64,000 nucleotides of DNA from Acidobacteriota bacterium (GTDB lineage: Bacteria > Acidobacteriota > Thermoanaerobaculia > Gp7-AA8), in the NCBI GenBank assembly GCA_019244185.1, contig JAFATB010000014.1, positions 680,637-744,636 on the forward strand, read 5' to 3'. The notes beneath the pieces are model-generated. The model made no database searches, was not told the origin of the DNA, and saw only the letters and a list, made by a program, of their open reading frames with translations. Both the position numbers and the translations under genes were made by a program. Each line of letters starts with the position of its first letter. Positions within the stretch are counted from its first letter, which is position 1. This document shows, in pieces, positions 62,734 through 64,000 of this stretch.

Positions 62734-64000
62734 TCAGCCACGCGTCAGCCGCAGCGCGCCGATCGCGGCGAGGAGCAGCGCCACCAGCATGAGCATCGTC
62801 TCGGACAACGTCGGAACCGGGGCCGCGACCTGCACGACGGCAGACGCCGCGTTGTTCGTGGTGTTGGGATCGGACTGATCCGAAGTCACGGTGGCGGTGT
62901 TCGAAACGGTCGCGCTGGACGGTGGCGCGTCGACGATGATGGTGATCGTCGCGCTCGCGCCGCTGTTCAGCGTACCGAGCGAGCAGACGACGGTCGTGGT
63001 GCCGGAACAGGTGCCCTGCGATGCCGTGGCCGAGTCGTAGGTCACCTGCGGCGGGAGGTTGTCGGTGACGACGACGTTCGTCGCGGCGTCGGGACCGCTG
63101 TTCGCGACGGTGATCGTGTACGAGAACGACGTTCCCGGCTGCACGCTCGTGACCGCCGACTTGGTGATGGAGAGATTGGCGACGCCGGTGCCGTTGTCGA
63201 CGATCGTCAGCGTCGCCTGCGACGGCGCCGCGAGCTGCGCGCCGGTCGGGTTGCTGAGCACGAGCTGCAGCGTCTCGTCGCCTTCGGTCAGCGTGTCGTT
63301 CGTGATGCCGACGCTGAAGGTCTTGAACGTTTCGCCGGGGGCGAACGTGAGCGTGTTCGGCGCGAGCGTAAAGTCCGAGGCGTCCGCGAAACCGGGGCCG
63401 GAACCGGTGACGGCCGCGTAGTTCACGGTCGCGCTGCCGCTCGTGTCGCCTTCGCGGATGACGGTGATGTTGACGCTGCCCTGCGTTTCCGCGGCGGCGA
63501 AGTTGTCGGCGACGAAACGGATCAGCGACGCGGGCTGCGCCGCGGTCGCGCGCAGCACGCCGAAGAGGCCGTGGGTTTCGTCGGCGATGCCAGCGGTGAA
63601 GTAGAGCGCGTTGACGTCGCCGCCATTGCCGCCGTTGCCGAACTGCAGCGCCCACAGCTGATCGATCTCGATCGGCGCACCGCTAGGATCCTGCAGCGTA
63701 CCGATGAAGGCGCCCGTCGTCGCGTTGTACGCATGCAGCTGGCCTGCATCCGAGAAGTTGCCGACGATCAGATCGCCGCTGAAGATGCCGAACGATGCGG
63801 GTGCGACGGCGACACCCCACGGCGCATCGAGCGCACCGTTGTTGATGGCGAAGGTGAGATCGCGCACGCCGTCCGTGTTGAACTTGCGCACGTAGCCGTT
63901 GCCGGGCCCGTTCTCCTCCTCGCCGTCCATGCCGACCTTCGCGTACGTGACATAGAGGGAGCCGCCGAGGTTCTGGATGTTGAAGGGGGCGTAGCCGGCG
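62734..64000 (-). CDS. TIGR03118-like surface protein with Calx-beta, DUF11 and IPTL-CTERM; 5' end outside the window
   Basis: GYAPFNIQNLGG.LYVTYA...LDAPWG...LWALQFGNG...LYFTAG...HGLFG; LTFAPGET.K...ND...EGDET Calx-beta; NLSITK...YTITV.NSGP..A.NVVVTD.LP DUF11; VPTLSE + TM + basic tail. Confidence 0.9.
   Translation of the reverse strand, partial: AGYAPFNIQNLGGSLYVTYAKVGMDGEEENGPGNGYVRKFNTDGVRDLTFAINNGALDAPWGVAVAPASFGIFSGDLIVGNFSDAGQLHAYNATTGAFIGTLQDPSGAPIEIDQLWALQFGNGGNGGDVNALYFTAGIADETHGLFGVLRATAAQPASLIRFVADNFAAAETQGSVNITVIREGDTSGSATVNYAAVTGSGPGFADASDFTLAPNTLTFAPGETFKTFSVGITNDTLTEGDETLQLVLSNPTGAQLAAPSQATLTIVDNGTGVANLSITKSAVTSVQPGTSFSYTITVANSGPDAATNVVVTDNLPPQVTYDSATASQGTCSGTTTVVCSLGTLNSGASATITIIVDAPPSSATVSNTATVTSDQSDPNTTNNAASAVVQVAAPVPTLSETMLMLVALLLAAIGALRLTRG

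Overview
High-GC bacterial DNA, most likely Acidobacteriota (Thermoanaerobaculia-like). That call rests on an ADOP-type duplicated ABC permease, an IPTL-CTERM sorting tail, and SBBP/PKD/IPT secreted proteins. The left half (1-29.8 kb) looks like host backbone. It holds tRNA-Lys and tRNA-Glu, secreted repeat proteins, an ECF sigma / anti-sigma / TPR-CHAT triad, two ABC transporter operons and regulators. From ~29.8 to ~62.6 kb lies a compositionally distinct block (visibly more A/T in third codon positions, judged by eye) with no integrase in view. It carries a ~22-kb minus-strand operon: TPR-CHAT, an unknown protein, an exported caspase, a second TPR-CHAT, vWA, a tubulin/FtsZ-like GTPase, vWA, two coiled-coil membrane proteins, a vWA-like lipoprotein and a candidate membrane-anchored histone-fold protein. 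That operon diverges from a second ECF sigma / anti-sigma pair, which is followed by a Ser/Thr kinase, an FHA-ABC transporter, a CsgG-like protein and a third TPR-CHAT. The best candidate for an undescribed system is this exported caspase/CHAT cascade coupled to an ECF switch and to a tubulin-vWA membrane machine ending in a TM histone-fold protein. All domain calls come from motifs read by eye; no searches were run.
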